Under the pieces are notes generated by a model that did not search any database, was not told the origin of the DNA, and worked only from the letters and a program-made list of their open reading frames with translations. Below are positions 27,617 to 36,633 of a DNA stretch of 64,000 bases, one piece after another. This stretch comes from Candidatus Woesearchaeota archaeon. GTDB lineage: Archaea; Nanobdellota; Nanobdellia; Woesearchaeales; JAAOYA01. Numbering within the stretch: the stretch's first letter is position 1; each line of letters starts with the position of its first letter. Both the position numbers and the translations under genes were made by a program. Location of the stretch: assembly GCA_018221105.1 (NCBI GenBank), contig JAAOYA010000010.1, positions 1 to 64,000 of the forward strand, read 5' to 3'.

Positions 27617-28489
27617 TTATTTTTCTTCTAAGTGTTCTGCCATTCGAAATAATACTTTTTTTGGTATTAGTGTTATGTTGTAAGTTCCTTGAAATAGTAG
27701 GTTTCCGTTTTGTTCGCATTGCACGTCAAAAGTGCCTGTTTTTTCTGGCATGAATTCTGTTCGCACAGTGTAGACTAGCCTATCATCTCCAGGTTTTGTA
27801 TCTTGCTCTGGCAGGGTCAAACTTAAGCTTGTATAAGCGGGTAGTGGTTCTCGTTTTGTGTCCATTAGTCTTTTTGCTAGTTCTGACTCGTCTTCTGTTC
27901 TTAGTGCTTTTATAGCTTCATCGTTTTGAATGTCTCTGCCTGTGTTAATTATCGCGTTTGATGCTAGTGCAATGCTGTAGAGTAATCTTATTGTTTTTGG
28001 ATCTTTTAATCCTAGTGTGCTGGCAAAGTATTTTTCAAGTCCTCTGTCAATTAAATAGGCGTGAGTTCTGCCTTCTAAGTCTTCAATTATTGATACTAGT
28101 TTAGAGTTTGTTTGCAAGTATGTTTTTTCTTTGTTTCCGTGTTTATCTTCACTTGTTAGTAAATCTTTAGTAGGTCCTTCTGTGTTGGTTGTTTGGGCAG
28201 TAAAGTATGTGTTGCCTGGATTGTGACCTTCTACTGCTTGGTGCCTGATTATGCTTCCTGGAAAAAGCATATTGCCAAAATTTGCTTCTAAGTATGCTGG
28301 TTGATTTGATGATAGTTTTTCTTCTTCTAATGCTATTGCAGTAAGTAAAACTTGTATTCCAGGGATTATTGGTTTTTTGCCGCGATTTTTCATAAATTCT
28401 GGGTCGTGAAAGAAATGATTATCTCCTGTAATGTTGCAAAAATCTAGTATGTCACTGTTTTTGTATGTTTTATGCTTAGTTACAGTCAT
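27617..28489 (-). CDS. MaoC-like (hot-dog fold) dehydratase domain protein
   Basis: FCNITGDNHFFH (D-x4-H hydratase motif), PIIPG; length suggests a second degenerate hot-dog domain. Confidence 0.65.
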   Translation of the reverse strand: MTVTKHKTYKNSDILDFCNITGDNHFFHDPEFMKNRGKKPIIPGIQVLLTAIALEEEKLSSNQPAYLEANFGNMLFPGSIIRHQAVEGHNPGNTYFTAQTTNTEGPTKDLLTSEDKHGNKEKTYLQTNSKLVSIIEDLEGRTHAYLIDRGLEKYFASTLGLKDPKTIRLLYSIALASNAIINTGRDIQNDEAIKALRTEDESELAKRLMDTKREPLPAYTSLSLTLPEQDTKPGDDRLVYTVRTEFMPEKTGTFDVQCEQNGNLLFQGTYNITLIPKKVLFRMAEHLEEK

Positions 28490-28524
28490 GTTACCACTAT
28501 TCAGTTACGTTTTATTTATAAGTT

Positions 28525-29082
28525 TTACTCTTTTTCTTTAAATATTTGTGCTTTAAAAGAATATACTTGAGTGTTAGAATTCTGCCAGCAATCCTTCTCT
28601 AATCCTGCTTTTTGGCACGTGAAAGCCAAAAATTGTTCTGCATCCCACTTTTGCTCTGTTGCAACTTGCGGCAATAATAATCCTGAATAATGACCTTTTT
28701 TGACTATCAAACCATCAACACCGATTATTATTTTATTAGGTATGTCTAAAGAACTGTGATGTTCTACTAGTTTTGGCGCTGTCAAAACCGAAACTTCAAA
28801 TTTTAAACTATCAAAATCTTCTTTTTTTAATGATTCAAAGCGCGGATCTTCAAAGGCCGCAGCCATTGCAGCTTTACTAACAGCCTCTCGTAGAGGATAT
28901 ATTGCTTGAGGGTAGCCAATGCAACCGCGCAATTCACCGTGTTGTTTTATTGTCACGAAAACACCGCAAGACTGACTAAACTCTACATAATCATTCAAAT
29001 CTAAAACTTCACTATCTAATGCATTTTTAATACTTTGTCGTGCTAGAACTAATAGTTTTTTGCCTTGTTCTTGTGATAACAT
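28525..29082 (-). CDS. AMMECR1 domain protein (AmmeMemoRadiSam protein A)
   Basis: GVFVT, LRGCIG, AAFEDPRF, EVSVL, GLLLPQVA, CQKAGL. Confidence 0.95.
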   Translation of the reverse strand: MLSQEQGKKLLVLARQSIKNALDSEVLDLNDYVEFSQSCGVFVTIKQHGELRGCIGYPQAIYPLREAVSKAAMAAAFEDPRFESLKKEDFDSLKFEVSVLTAPKLVEHHSSLDIPNKIIIGVDGLIVKKGHYSGLLLPQVATEQKWDAEQFLAFTCQKAGLEKDCWQNSNTQVYSFKAQIFKEKE

Positions 29083-29087
29083 GAGAA

Positions 29088-29366
29088 TTATTTGATTTTT
29101 GCCTTTACTTCTTTTTTAAACTCATCGTTTTGTTTTGATAAACGGCTTATAGCGTTTTGTAAGGCTTTTTTTGGAGCAGTACTACTCTCTGTCTCGACTA
29201 TAAGTGTCGGAATTCCTACTAATGGATGTGCAATCCTATAAGATGCAACAGTGACTTTTTTATCATTCCAAAGCTCTGCCTTAAGAGCATTGCACAAAGT
29301 GTGATCTTCGCCTTTAATCTCAACGACTAAACGATTTTTTTTGTCTTCTAGAATCTTTAACTCCAT
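29088..29366 (-). CDS. rpo11: DNA-directed RNA polymerase subunit Rpo11 (L)
   Basis: GEDHTLCNAL, ASYRIAHPL. Confidence 0.95.
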   Translation of the reverse strand: MELKILEDKKNRLVVEIKGEDHTLCNALKAELWNDKKVTVASYRIAHPLVGIPTLIVETESSTAPKKALQNAISRLSKQNDEFKKEVKAKIK

Positions 29367-29482
29367 GTTAATCTCGGGTGAATTGCGTTTTATTTATAAA
29401 GGTTTTGCTCGCTAAAGAGTAAGCTTTAAATTTAAATAGTTTCTTCGAAGCCCAGTTAAGTCCAAATACGGAGGTTACCTTA

Positions 29483-31108
29483 ATGACAAACCCTAATAGC
29501 ACACAACCAATATTCATACTGCCACCCGACACACAAAGAACAACCGGCAAGAACGCTCAACAAAACAATATTATGGCTGCAAAACTAGTAGCTGAGACTG
29601 TTAGAACAACACTAGGCCCTAAAGGAATGGACAAAATGATTGTTGATACCTTAGGAGAAGTGATTGTTACAAATGATGGCGCCACAATTCTAAAAGAAAT
29701 ACAAATAGATCATCCAACAGCCAAAATGATTGTTGAAGTTGCAAAAACTCAAGAGTCAGAAGTTGGCGATGGCACAACCACAGTTGTTGTTCTAGCAGGA
29801 GAACTATTAAGTCAAGCTGAAGACTTACTAGATCAAAAAATTCACCCTACAATTATCGCAAAAGGTTATCGTATGGCTGCAGAAAAAGCACAATTAATAC
29901 TAAACAACATTGCAGAAACTATAGACCCAAAAGATCAAAAAATACTAAAAAAGATTTGTCAAACAGCAATGACAGGCAAAGGAGCAGAAACAGCAAGAGA
30001 ACTGTTATCTGAAATTGTTTCAAAAGCAGTAATTGATGTCGCAGACGAGCACAACGGCCTAAAAGTCAATCCGCAAAATATCAAAATTGAAAAGAAAACT
30101 GGTGGTGGAGTCGAAGACACAGAGCTTGTTGAAGGAATCATTCTAGATAAAGAAAAAGTTCATTCCTCAATGCCATCAACTGTTCACAACGCCAAAATAC
30201 TACTCTTAGACGCTTCACTTGAAGTAAAAGAGACAGAAATTGACGCTAAAATACAAATTACAGACCCATCACAAATGCAGGCTTTTTTAGACATGGAAGA
30301 AAACATGTTAAAAAAAATGGTTGATAGAGTTGTCGCTAGCGGAGCAAACGTAATATTTTGTCAAAAAGGCATTGATGACTTAGTACAGCACTACCTCGCA
30401 AAAAACAATGTTTTTGCCGCCCGGCGCGTAAAAAAAAGCGATATGGAAAAACTAGCGCGCGCAACAGGAGCAAAAATAGTCAACAACCTAGAAGACCTAT
30501 CAAGCAGTGATTTAGGAAAAGCAGGAGTTGTTGAAGAAAAAACCATTAGTGATGAAGAAATGATTTACGTTAAAGAATGCAAGAAAGCCAAAGCAGTAAC
30601 AATATTAGTTCGTGGTGGCACAGAACACATCATTGACGAAGTAGCACGCGCCATTGAAGACGCTATAGGAGATTTAATAGCAGTAATTGATAACGGCAAA
30701 ATAGTAGCAGGTGCTGGAGCTCCAGAAGTAGAGTTGAGTCGCAACTTGCAACACTTTGGCCAAAAACTTCCTGGGCGCGAACAATTAGCAGTTAATGCTT
30801 TTGCAAAAGCAATGGAGATCATTCCAAGAACACTAGCAGAAAACGCTGGTTTTGACCCGATAGACATTCTAGCAGAATTAAAAGCAGCACATCAAAGCGG
30901 CAAAAAATGGGCCGGTGTCAACGTCTTTACTGGCAAGACAATGGACGCGTACGTTGAAGGAGTACTAGAACCATTAAAGGTCAAAACACAAGCAGTACAG
31001 TCAGCAGCAGAAGTTGCCAATATGATACTAAGAATTGATGATGTAATAGCAGGCGGTGTAGAACAAGCGCCACCGCAAGGTATGCCTCCTGGCATGCCAC
31101 CAATGTAA
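29483..31108 (+). CDS. ths: Thermosome subunit (group II chaperonin)
   Basis: [39 protein letters not shown]. Confidence 0.97.
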   Translation: MTNPNSTQPIFILPPDTQRTTGKNAQQNNIMAAKLVAETVRTTLGPKGMDKMIVDTLGEVIVTNDGATILKEIQIDHPTAKMIVEVAKTQESEVGDGTTTVVVLAGELLSQAEDLLDQKIHPTIIAKGYRMAAEKAQLILNNIAETIDPKDQKILKKICQTAMTGKGAETARELLSEIVSKAVIDVADEHNGLKVNPQNIKIEKKTGGGVEDTELVEGIILDKEKVHSSMPSTVHNAKILLLDASLEVKETEIDAKIQITDPSQMQAFLDMEENMLKKMVDRVVASGANVIFCQKGIDDLVQHYLAKNNVFAARRVKKSDMEKLARATGAKIVNNLEDLSSSDLGKAGVVEEKTISDEEMIYVKECKKAKAVTILVRGGTEHIIDEVARAIEDAIGDLIAVIDNGKIVAGAGAPEVELSRNLQHFGQKLPGREQLAVNAFAKAMEIIPRTLAENAGFDPIDILAELKAAHQSGKKWAGVNVFTGKTMDAYVEGVLEPLKVKTQAVQSAAEVANMILRIDDVIAGGVEQAPPQGMPPGMPPM

Positions 31109-31109
31109 T

Positions 31110-31400
31110 ATGAATTTTTATTATAGAGTGCGACTTGGGGCAGAACAACAAGTTCAAGGAGCGTTAAGTGTTAACACTCAAGCGCCATTAGAAGAACGCA
31201 TTAAAATAATATCTGATAATTCTACAGTTGAGATGACCGATACTAATGACTTGTTCACAACTTATTTTTTTAACCTTGGAAATCACAGTTTTGTTGTCAA
31301 AATATCAAACGATAACAGGATAATTTTTGAAAAATTACGACCTAAAGGTTTTTTCTTTGTAGAACCAGTTAGCAAAACAACAGCTTATCGCACAAAATAG
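31110..31400 (+). CDS. Hypothetical protein
   Basis: 96-aa ORF starting 1 nt after the thermosome stop. Confidence 0.5.
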   Translation: MNFYYRVRLGAEQQVQGALSVNTQAPLEERIKIISDNSTVEMTDTNDLFTTYFFNLGNHSFVVKISNDNRIIFEKLRPKGFFFVEPVSKTTAYRTK

Positions 31401-31514
31401 TTTTTTTCGACGCTACTAATCTACTTTTGTCTCATTTGACTATCGCAGTATAGGCTTTCAGTAACCTTTAAATATAACAACCACAAAAGAACAACTAGTA
31501 GGGGGTGTAAAATA

Positions 31515-31907
31515 GTGGTTATTCTATATGACCAGTTTAATTTACCAGACGATGTATTCGAAGTAATTTTTGCCACAGAACAACAAAAATTAGTAGGCAG
31601 AATGCTAATCGATCTTATTAAAAGTAAAGGCGGCGAAATCACTAAAACTGAGATGAGTATGTTCGCAACACACCTACACGACGGAACAATAACAGACATT
31701 GAAGAAGAACGCGGCCCCATAAGAGTAAAGAAAAAAGAAAAAATTTCTTACAACAAAAGACAATTCTATGACAGAATACTCACTCCAATGAAAGGAATGG
31801 GACTAGTATACTATGACTTGTACAAGAAAACCTACAAAGTAAGCGACAAATTCAACAAAAACATGATACGAATCGGTTTAATGTGGATTCGAGAACTAAA
31901 CAAATAA
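31515..31907 (+). CDS. Hypothetical protein, probable winged-helix
   Basis: GGGGGTG RBS, GTG start; FYDRILTPMKGMGLVYYDLYKKTYKVS resembles a recognition helix plus wing. Confidence 0.65.
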   Translation: MVILYDQFNLPDDVFEVIFATEQQKLVGRMLIDLIKSKGGEITKTEMSMFATHLHDGTITDIEEERGPIRVKKKEKISYNKRQFYDRILTPMKGMGLVYYDLYKKTYKVSDKFNKNMIRIGLMWIRELNK

Positions 31908-31939
31908 TTTTAAATAATAAACAACTAATTCTTAAAATT

Positions 31940-33637
31940 ATGATTGATGAGCTAGTATTGCGAAAACTTGCTTTGGCTAATGCTATAAAGTTTGATGGCA
32001 AGGCAAACCCTTCTGCTATTATAGGCCAGGCCATCAAAGAAATGCCACAAGTCAAGAACGATCTTGTAGAGTTAAATAAAGCTATTGAAAAGGTTGTAGA
32101 TGCTGTAAACATTCTGCCAGTAGAAGAACAAATTGCAGAACTTGAAACTATTGGAGCCTTAAAAAAAGAAGTTAAAAAGCGTGAAGGGCTTAAAGAATTG
32201 CCAGGTGTTAAAGGCAAAGTTGTTATGAGAATAGCACCGTCACCTTCTGGACAATTGCACATTGGTCACGCGTTCTCCACATTAATAAATTATTTATACG
32301 TTAAAAAGTATGGCGGCAAATTCTACCTGCGAATAGAGGATACTAATCCTGAAAATATTGAGCCAACAGCATACGATGAAATCCCAAAAGAAGCAAATTG
32401 GCTTACCGAAAATGGTGTTACTGATGTTATAGTTCAAAGTGATCGCTTAAAAATTTATTATAAATATATAGAAAAACTTTTTGAAAAGAATGCTTTGTAC
32501 GTGTGCGATTGTGACAGTGAACAATTCAAAGAAAAGCTTGCAAAAAGTGAGGCTTGTACTTGTCGTGACCTATCAAAAAAAGAACAGTTAAGACGTTGGA
32601 ACAAAATGTTTGACAAAAAAAATGGTTACCAACAAGGAGAAGTTGTAATCAGAGTCAAAACAGACTTAAAACATAAAAACCCTGCAATGCGCGATTTCCC
32701 AATAGTGCGAATTAATGACGCAGAACACCCAAGGACCGGCACAAAACATCGTGTTTGGCCTTTAATGAACTTAGCAGTTTTTGTTGATGACTTAGAATAC
32801 AAAATGACTCATGTTATTCGCGGCAAAGATCACATGGACAATGCACGCCGACAAGAAATACTTTATAATTATTTAGAACTAACTTCTCCTATCAGTTTGT
32901 TTAATGGACGTATCAATTTTTTTGACATGCAAGTCTCAAGCACGAAAACCAAAGAAGCAATAAAAAATAAACAGTACAGTGGATGGCACGATATTCGACT
33001 TCCAACAATAGCAGCATTAAAAAGACGTGGTTTTGAACCAAAAGCCTTGCAGCGTTGGGTTGAAGAAGTTGGCCTAACACAAGTTGACAAAAAAGTCAGC
33101 AAAAAAGAATTTTTCAAAAGTTTAAACCATTATAATAAAGAAATTATTGACCCAATAGCGCAGCGTTATTTTTTCGTGGCGAACCCAACAAAAATATTTA
33201 TTCAAGGAGCAAAGTCAAAAACTGTTAAAATGCTAAAGCATCCTGACAAGCCACAAAGCGATGTTAGAAAACTAGAAACTACTGACAAGTTTTACATATC
33301 GCACAATGATTTAGACAAGATAACTCACAAAAAAGTCGTTCGATTAATTGATTGTTTGAACTTTATAAAAGATAAAGAACTATTCTATTACCACTCTGAC
33401 TCATACGTTGAATACAAAAAAAATAAAGGTGATATCATAATCCACTGGCTTCCAGTAAGCAAGGATTTAGTAAATGTTGAAGTATTAACAGAAGACGGCA
33501 CAATTGTTGAAGGTCTTGGAGAGCCAGAACTAAAAAAATTAGAACAAGGTTCAGTAGTGCAGTTTGAGCGTTTTGGCTTTGTAAGACTTGATAAAATTAC
33601 ATCAAAAAAACTTGTGTTTTGGTTTTCTCACAAGTAA
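31940..33637 (+). CDS. gltX: Glutamate--tRNA ligase (archaeal type)
   Basis: RIAPSPSG.LHIGH, RIEDTNP, THVIRGKDH, QFERFGF; likely start ATG 31940. Confidence 0.97.
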   Translation: MIDELVLRKLALANAIKFDGKANPSAIIGQAIKEMPQVKNDLVELNKAIEKVVDAVNILPVEEQIAELETIGALKKEVKKREGLKELPGVKGKVVMRIAPSPSGQLHIGHAFSTLINYLYVKKYGGKFYLRIEDTNPENIEPTAYDEIPKEANWLTENGVTDVIVQSDRLKIYYKYIEKLFEKNALYVCDCDSEQFKEKLAKSEACTCRDLSKKEQLRRWNKMFDKKNGYQQGEVVIRVKTDLKHKNPAMRDFPIVRINDAEHPRTGTKHRVWPLMNLAVFVDDLEYKMTHVIRGKDHMDNARRQEILYNYLELTSPISLFNGRINFFDMQVSSTKTKEAIKNKQYSGWHDIRLPTIAALKRRGFEPKALQRWVEEVGLTQVDKKVSKKEFFKSLNHYNKEIIDPIAQRYFFVANPTKIFIQGAKSKTVKMLKHPDKPQSDVRKLETTDKFYISHNDLDKITHKKVVRLIDCLNFIKDKELFYYHSDSYVEYKKNKGDIIIHWLPVSKDLVNVEVLTEDGTIVEGLGEPELKKLEQGSVVQFERFGFVRLDKITSKKLVFWFSHK

Positions 33638-33654
33638 TCATCGTCTAATTAGAA

Positions 33655-33670
33655 CGAAAGATTTATATAA
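33655..33670 (+). promoter_or_regulatory. Putative BRE + TATA box for the histone-fold gene
   Basis: CGAAAG followed by ATTTATATAA, about 50 nt upstream of ATG 33719. Confidence 0.5.
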
Positions 33671-33718
33671 TACACACGTGAAAACTCCTCTATAACTCAT
33701 ATTTCGAGGTGATAAAAT

Positions 33719-33880
33719 ATGTTAGTAGTAAAAGCAAAAATTAAAGATGCAGCAAAGGACTGCAATGTTGCAAGTGACTTTGCAGACGCTCTAAGCAAAA
33801 AAGTAGAAGCTTTAGTTGCTGCTGCTTGTGAAAGAGCTAAAGGCAATAATAGAAGAACTGTTATGGCTAAAGACTTATAA
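33719..33880 (+). CDS. Short histone-fold protein (53 aa)
   Basis: Below the ORF-track length cutoff. MLVVKAKIKDAAKDCNVASDFADALSKKVEALVAAACERAKGNNRRTVMAKDL, with RA..N.RRTV...DL histone L2 motif; GAGGTGA RBS at 33706-33712. Confidence 0.88.
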   Translation: MLVVKAKIKDAAKDCNVASDFADALSKKVEALVAAACERAKGNNRRTVMAKDL

Positions 33881-33890
33881 TACTAAAGTC

Positions 33891-34166
33891 TTATTTTATT
33901 TTTTTTAGTTTTTCTATTTTTTGCATTGCCAATTCAATACGTCTTTCTATTTTTCTTAGGTTTTGAGCGTCTAAGTCTATAGTTTTTAGTTCTGCATGTT
34001 TTTTTTGCAATGCTGCAATCTTTTTATCAAGTGATAACACGTCTTGTTTGTTCGCGCGCTCTAATTTTAGAACTTGTTTTAATTGTTGTTGTTTAAAGAT
34101 TTCGTCAAGGTTAATATTGTTTGCTGCCTTGGCCAATGCCCTAAAATAATTATTGGAAAATATCAT
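33891..34166 (-). CDS. Coiled-coil hypothetical protein
   Basis: 91 aa K/Q/L-rich heptads; 4-nt overlap with upstream ORF. Confidence 0.55.
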   Translation of the reverse strand: MIFSNNYFRALAKAANNINLDEIFKQQQLKQVLKLERANKQDVLSLDKKIAALQKKHAELKTIDLDAQNLRKIERRIELAMQKIEKLKKIK

Positions 34167-34729
34167 TTGAACTTGTCAAAGAGTCCTTTACGATCAGGTT
34201 TTGGTGGCTGTACTGGCGGTGGCACGCTTTGAGCTTGTTGTGGTCCTGTAGGAAAAGGCGCAAAGCCTGGTTGTTGGCCTTGTTGTGGTGCTTGACCTGG
34301 CAAACCTTGAAAATTATCCAAAGGTGACTGTGGTTGTGCACTTGGCATTGGCGCTTGAGGCATTGGAGCCAGAGCGCTAGGCGCATGGGCTGCTGCGCCA
34401 CTATCTTTTATCATATCAGCAACAGTCACTATTCCCTTAGCAATTTTTTTGTTTTGTTCAATTACAGTATCCAATTTGCCAATGATTTCTACCCCAACAG
34501 TATCCTGGCCTTCTTCTAAGTTTTTGCCAGCTTCTTTAAAAACTGCCAGCATTGTAGTAATGTTGGTGTTTAATTGTTCTAATAATTCTTCCATATTGCT
34601 TGTAGTACTTGGTTCTGCACTTTGCGCGCTCGCAGGCGACGCTGTCTTGCCACCTTTCATTTCAGTTATTTGCTTTCTTAATTCAGCAATTTCTTTATGA
34701 GAAATTAATTCGTAATCATCATCTGTCAT
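34163..34729 (-). CDS. Hypothetical protein with coiled-coil and Pro/Gln-rich tail
   Basis: 188 aa, AGAGG RBS, ends KGLFDKFK. Confidence 0.7.
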   Translation of the reverse strand: MTDDDYELISHKEIAELRKQITEMKGGKTASPASAQSAEPSTTSNMEELLEQLNTNITTMLAVFKEAGKNLEEGQDTVGVEIIGKLDTVIEQNKKIAKGIVTVADMIKDSGAAAHAPSALAPMPQAPMPSAQPQSPLDNFQGLPGQAPQQGQQPGFAPFPTGPQQAQSVPPPVQPPKPDRKGLFDKFK

Positions 34730-34827
34730 TTTTTGTTCCTCTTTTTAGTAAACTTGTCGAATTAGTTATAAAAAAGTTTCGCTTTTTAATAAATTTTTTA
34801 AATAAACCTCTAAACCAGTGTTTTAGT

Positions 34828-34899
34828 GGGCTGGTGGTCTAGTGGTAGGACGTGCCGCTGGCAGTGGCGAGACTGCGGGTTCGATTCCCGCCCAGTCCA
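34828..34899 (+). tRNA. tRNA-Ala(GGC)
   Basis: Acceptor GGGCTGG/CCAGTCC with G3:U70; anticodon loop CTGGCAG; T arm GCGGG-TTCGATT-CCCGC; discriminator A; CCA not encoded. Confidence 0.92.
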
Positions 34900-34934
34900 T
34901 AAAGTTTTTATACGATTAAATCGCTTTTACTATT

Positions 34935-35417
34935 ATGATTGGAGTTATTAGCGATACTCATGATAATGTAGAGAATGTTCAATTAGCTGTTAAAGTTTTT
35001 AAAGAACGAAAAGTTGATTTTGTGATTCATTGTGGTGATGTTGTCAGTCCACTAACTGTCAAACATTTTAAAGACGTTAAAGTGCATTTTGTTTTAGGTA
35101 ATTGTGATGGCGACATTCAAGGTTTGATGGATGCTGCTGATGATATTGGCTGCGAGCATCACGGCAAAACACTCGATATGATGCACGAAAACAAAAGAAT
35201 TCTAGCAATGCATGGTAATAACACTTACGAATTAAAAAAACAAATTGAAAGCCAAAGCTTTGATTACGTCTTGCACGGTCACACACACCAAAAAAAGGAC
35301 GAAAAAAGTGGCAAGACCAGAATTGTTAATCCTGGAGCGCATTATTGGATGGCAGAAAACACTGTAGCATTAATTGATGTTAAAAATGATTCTGTTGAAT
35401 TTATACAATTAAAATGA
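34935..35417 (+). CDS. Metallophosphoesterase (YfcE/MJ0936 family)
   Basis: SDTH, HCGD, GNCD, HG, HGHTH, NPG. Confidence 0.93.
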   Translation: MIGVISDTHDNVENVQLAVKVFKERKVDFVIHCGDVVSPLTVKHFKDVKVHFVLGNCDGDIQGLMDAADDIGCEHHGKTLDMMHENKRILAMHGNNTYELKKQIESQSFDYVLHGHTHQKKDEKSGKTRIVNPGAHYWMAENTVALIDVKNDSVEFIQLK

Positions 35418-36025
35418 TTAAAGCTATTATTTTTGATTTTGATGGTGTTATTACTGACTCTTACGCTGTTAACATGCGTTTGTGGCGTCAAATTTTTAGA
35501 AAGTTCGATGTTAAGATTACAAAAAAGGATTGTTATACTTTGAATACTTTAAACACTGAAGGTATTGCAAAACATTACTTCAAAGATAAGAAAACACGCG
35601 AAGAGTTTATCAGTACTGCTATTAATTTCGACAAGGCAAAATACGCGAAAAGTTACAAGCCAAGAAGAGGCTTGAAAAAGCTTTTGAAAAAATTAAAAGC
35701 TAACAACATAAAAATAGCCGTTGTTACTAATCGTGGTAATAGTGCACCAATTATCATAAAACAGTTCAAGCTCGATAGTCTGATGGACTGTATTATCACA
35801 GCCCGTGATGTAAAAAAAGGCAAGCCCAATCCAGAAGGCATGAATCTTGCAATACAAAAACTTGGTGTTAAACAAAGTCAAGTGTTCTACGTTGGCGACA
35901 TGCCAATTGATGAGCAAGCTGCAAAGCATGCAAATATAAGTTTTGTTGGAATGGGACTTTTTATCGAGTCAAAACGCAAGATTAAAAAATTAGTAGAACT
36001 ATTAGATTTTGTTGGGGTGAAATAA
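35414..36025 (+). CDS. HAD-superfamily hydrolase
   Basis: FDFDGVI, VTN, KPNP, VGD...D. Confidence 0.93.
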   Translation: MIKAIIFDFDGVITDSYAVNMRLWRQIFRKFDVKITKKDCYTLNTLNTEGIAKHYFKDKKTREEFISTAINFDKAKYAKSYKPRRGLKKLLKKLKANNIKIAVVTNRGNSAPIIIKQFKLDSLMDCIITARDVKKGKPNPEGMNLAIQKLGVKQSQVFYVGDMPIDEQAAKHANISFVGMGLFIESKRKIKKLVELLDFVGVK

Positions 36026-36433
36026 GTGGATGAAAACTGTGTTTTTTGCAAGATAATGAATGGTGATATTCCGTCAACAAAAGTTTATGAAGACGAGCAT
36101 GTTTTTGCTTTTTTGGATATTAATCCTATAAGTTCTGGCCATACTTTAGTAGTTCCCAAAAATCATTCTGTTGATTTTTTTGAGATGGGAAAAAAAGATG
36201 TTTGTGAAATGATGGAAACTGCTAAAAAAGTTGGCGCTGCGCTTTTAAAGATGGGTGCTGATGGTATTAATGTTGGAATGAATAATAAAACTCCTGCCGG
36301 CCAAGAGGTTATGCATTCACACTTGCATGTTATTCCACGTTATGTTGGTGATGGTTTGGAGCACTGGCATGGCAGGGAAGCATCATTAAATGATTTAAAA
36401 AGTGTCAGTGAGAAAATCATAAGCTTTTTATAA
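36026..36433 (+). CDS. HIT family nucleotide hydrolase
   Basis: CVFC, GHTLVVPK, AGQEVMHSHLHVIPR. Confidence 0.95.
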   Translation: MDENCVFCKIMNGDIPSTKVYEDEHVFAFLDINPISSGHTLVVPKNHSVDFFEMGKKDVCEMMETAKKVGAALLKMGADGINVGMNNKTPAGQEVMHSHLHVIPRYVGDGLEHWHGREASLNDLKSVSEKIISFL

Positions 36434-36458
36434 ACAACTCTTTTTTTTGTGGTTATAT

Positions 36459-36627
36459 GCCGCTGTAGCTTAACCTGGTTATAGCGCTAGACTCATATGG
36501 TTATGAGTGAAGAGCACTTTGTGTGATGATTAATACTATAACTGGTGTAATCTAGAGGTCGGGGGCTCAAATCTATGACGGCTTGCCGTAATAGCAGGAA
36601 CGTATAGTGATTATCCCTCCAGCGGCA
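36459..36627 (+). tRNA. tRNA-Met(CAT), probably elongator, with two introns (about 36498-36549 and 36572-36613)
   Basis: Acceptor GCCGCTG/CAGCGGC + A; anticodon stem CTAGA/TCTAG with CTCATA^A loop; T stem GGGGG/CCCTC; both inserts form bulge-helix-bulge-like folds. Confidence 0.85.
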
Positions 36628-36633
36628 TTTTAT

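Noticed and set aside
29368..31720. Antisense and alternate-frame ORFs in the track (e.g. 29959-30141, 30565-30867, 31421-31720, and similar ones across the window)
   Set aside because: They are shadows of well-supported genes on the opposite strand or frame, with no RBS or recognisable motifs.
36459..36627. Initiator tRNA-Met or tRNA-Ile2 identity for the CAT tRNA
   Set aside because: It has G1:C72 rather than A1:U72 and lacks the three consecutive G:C anticodon-stem pairs of initiators; the GCC start and 37/38 intron fit elongator Met better, although Ile2 is not strictly excluded.
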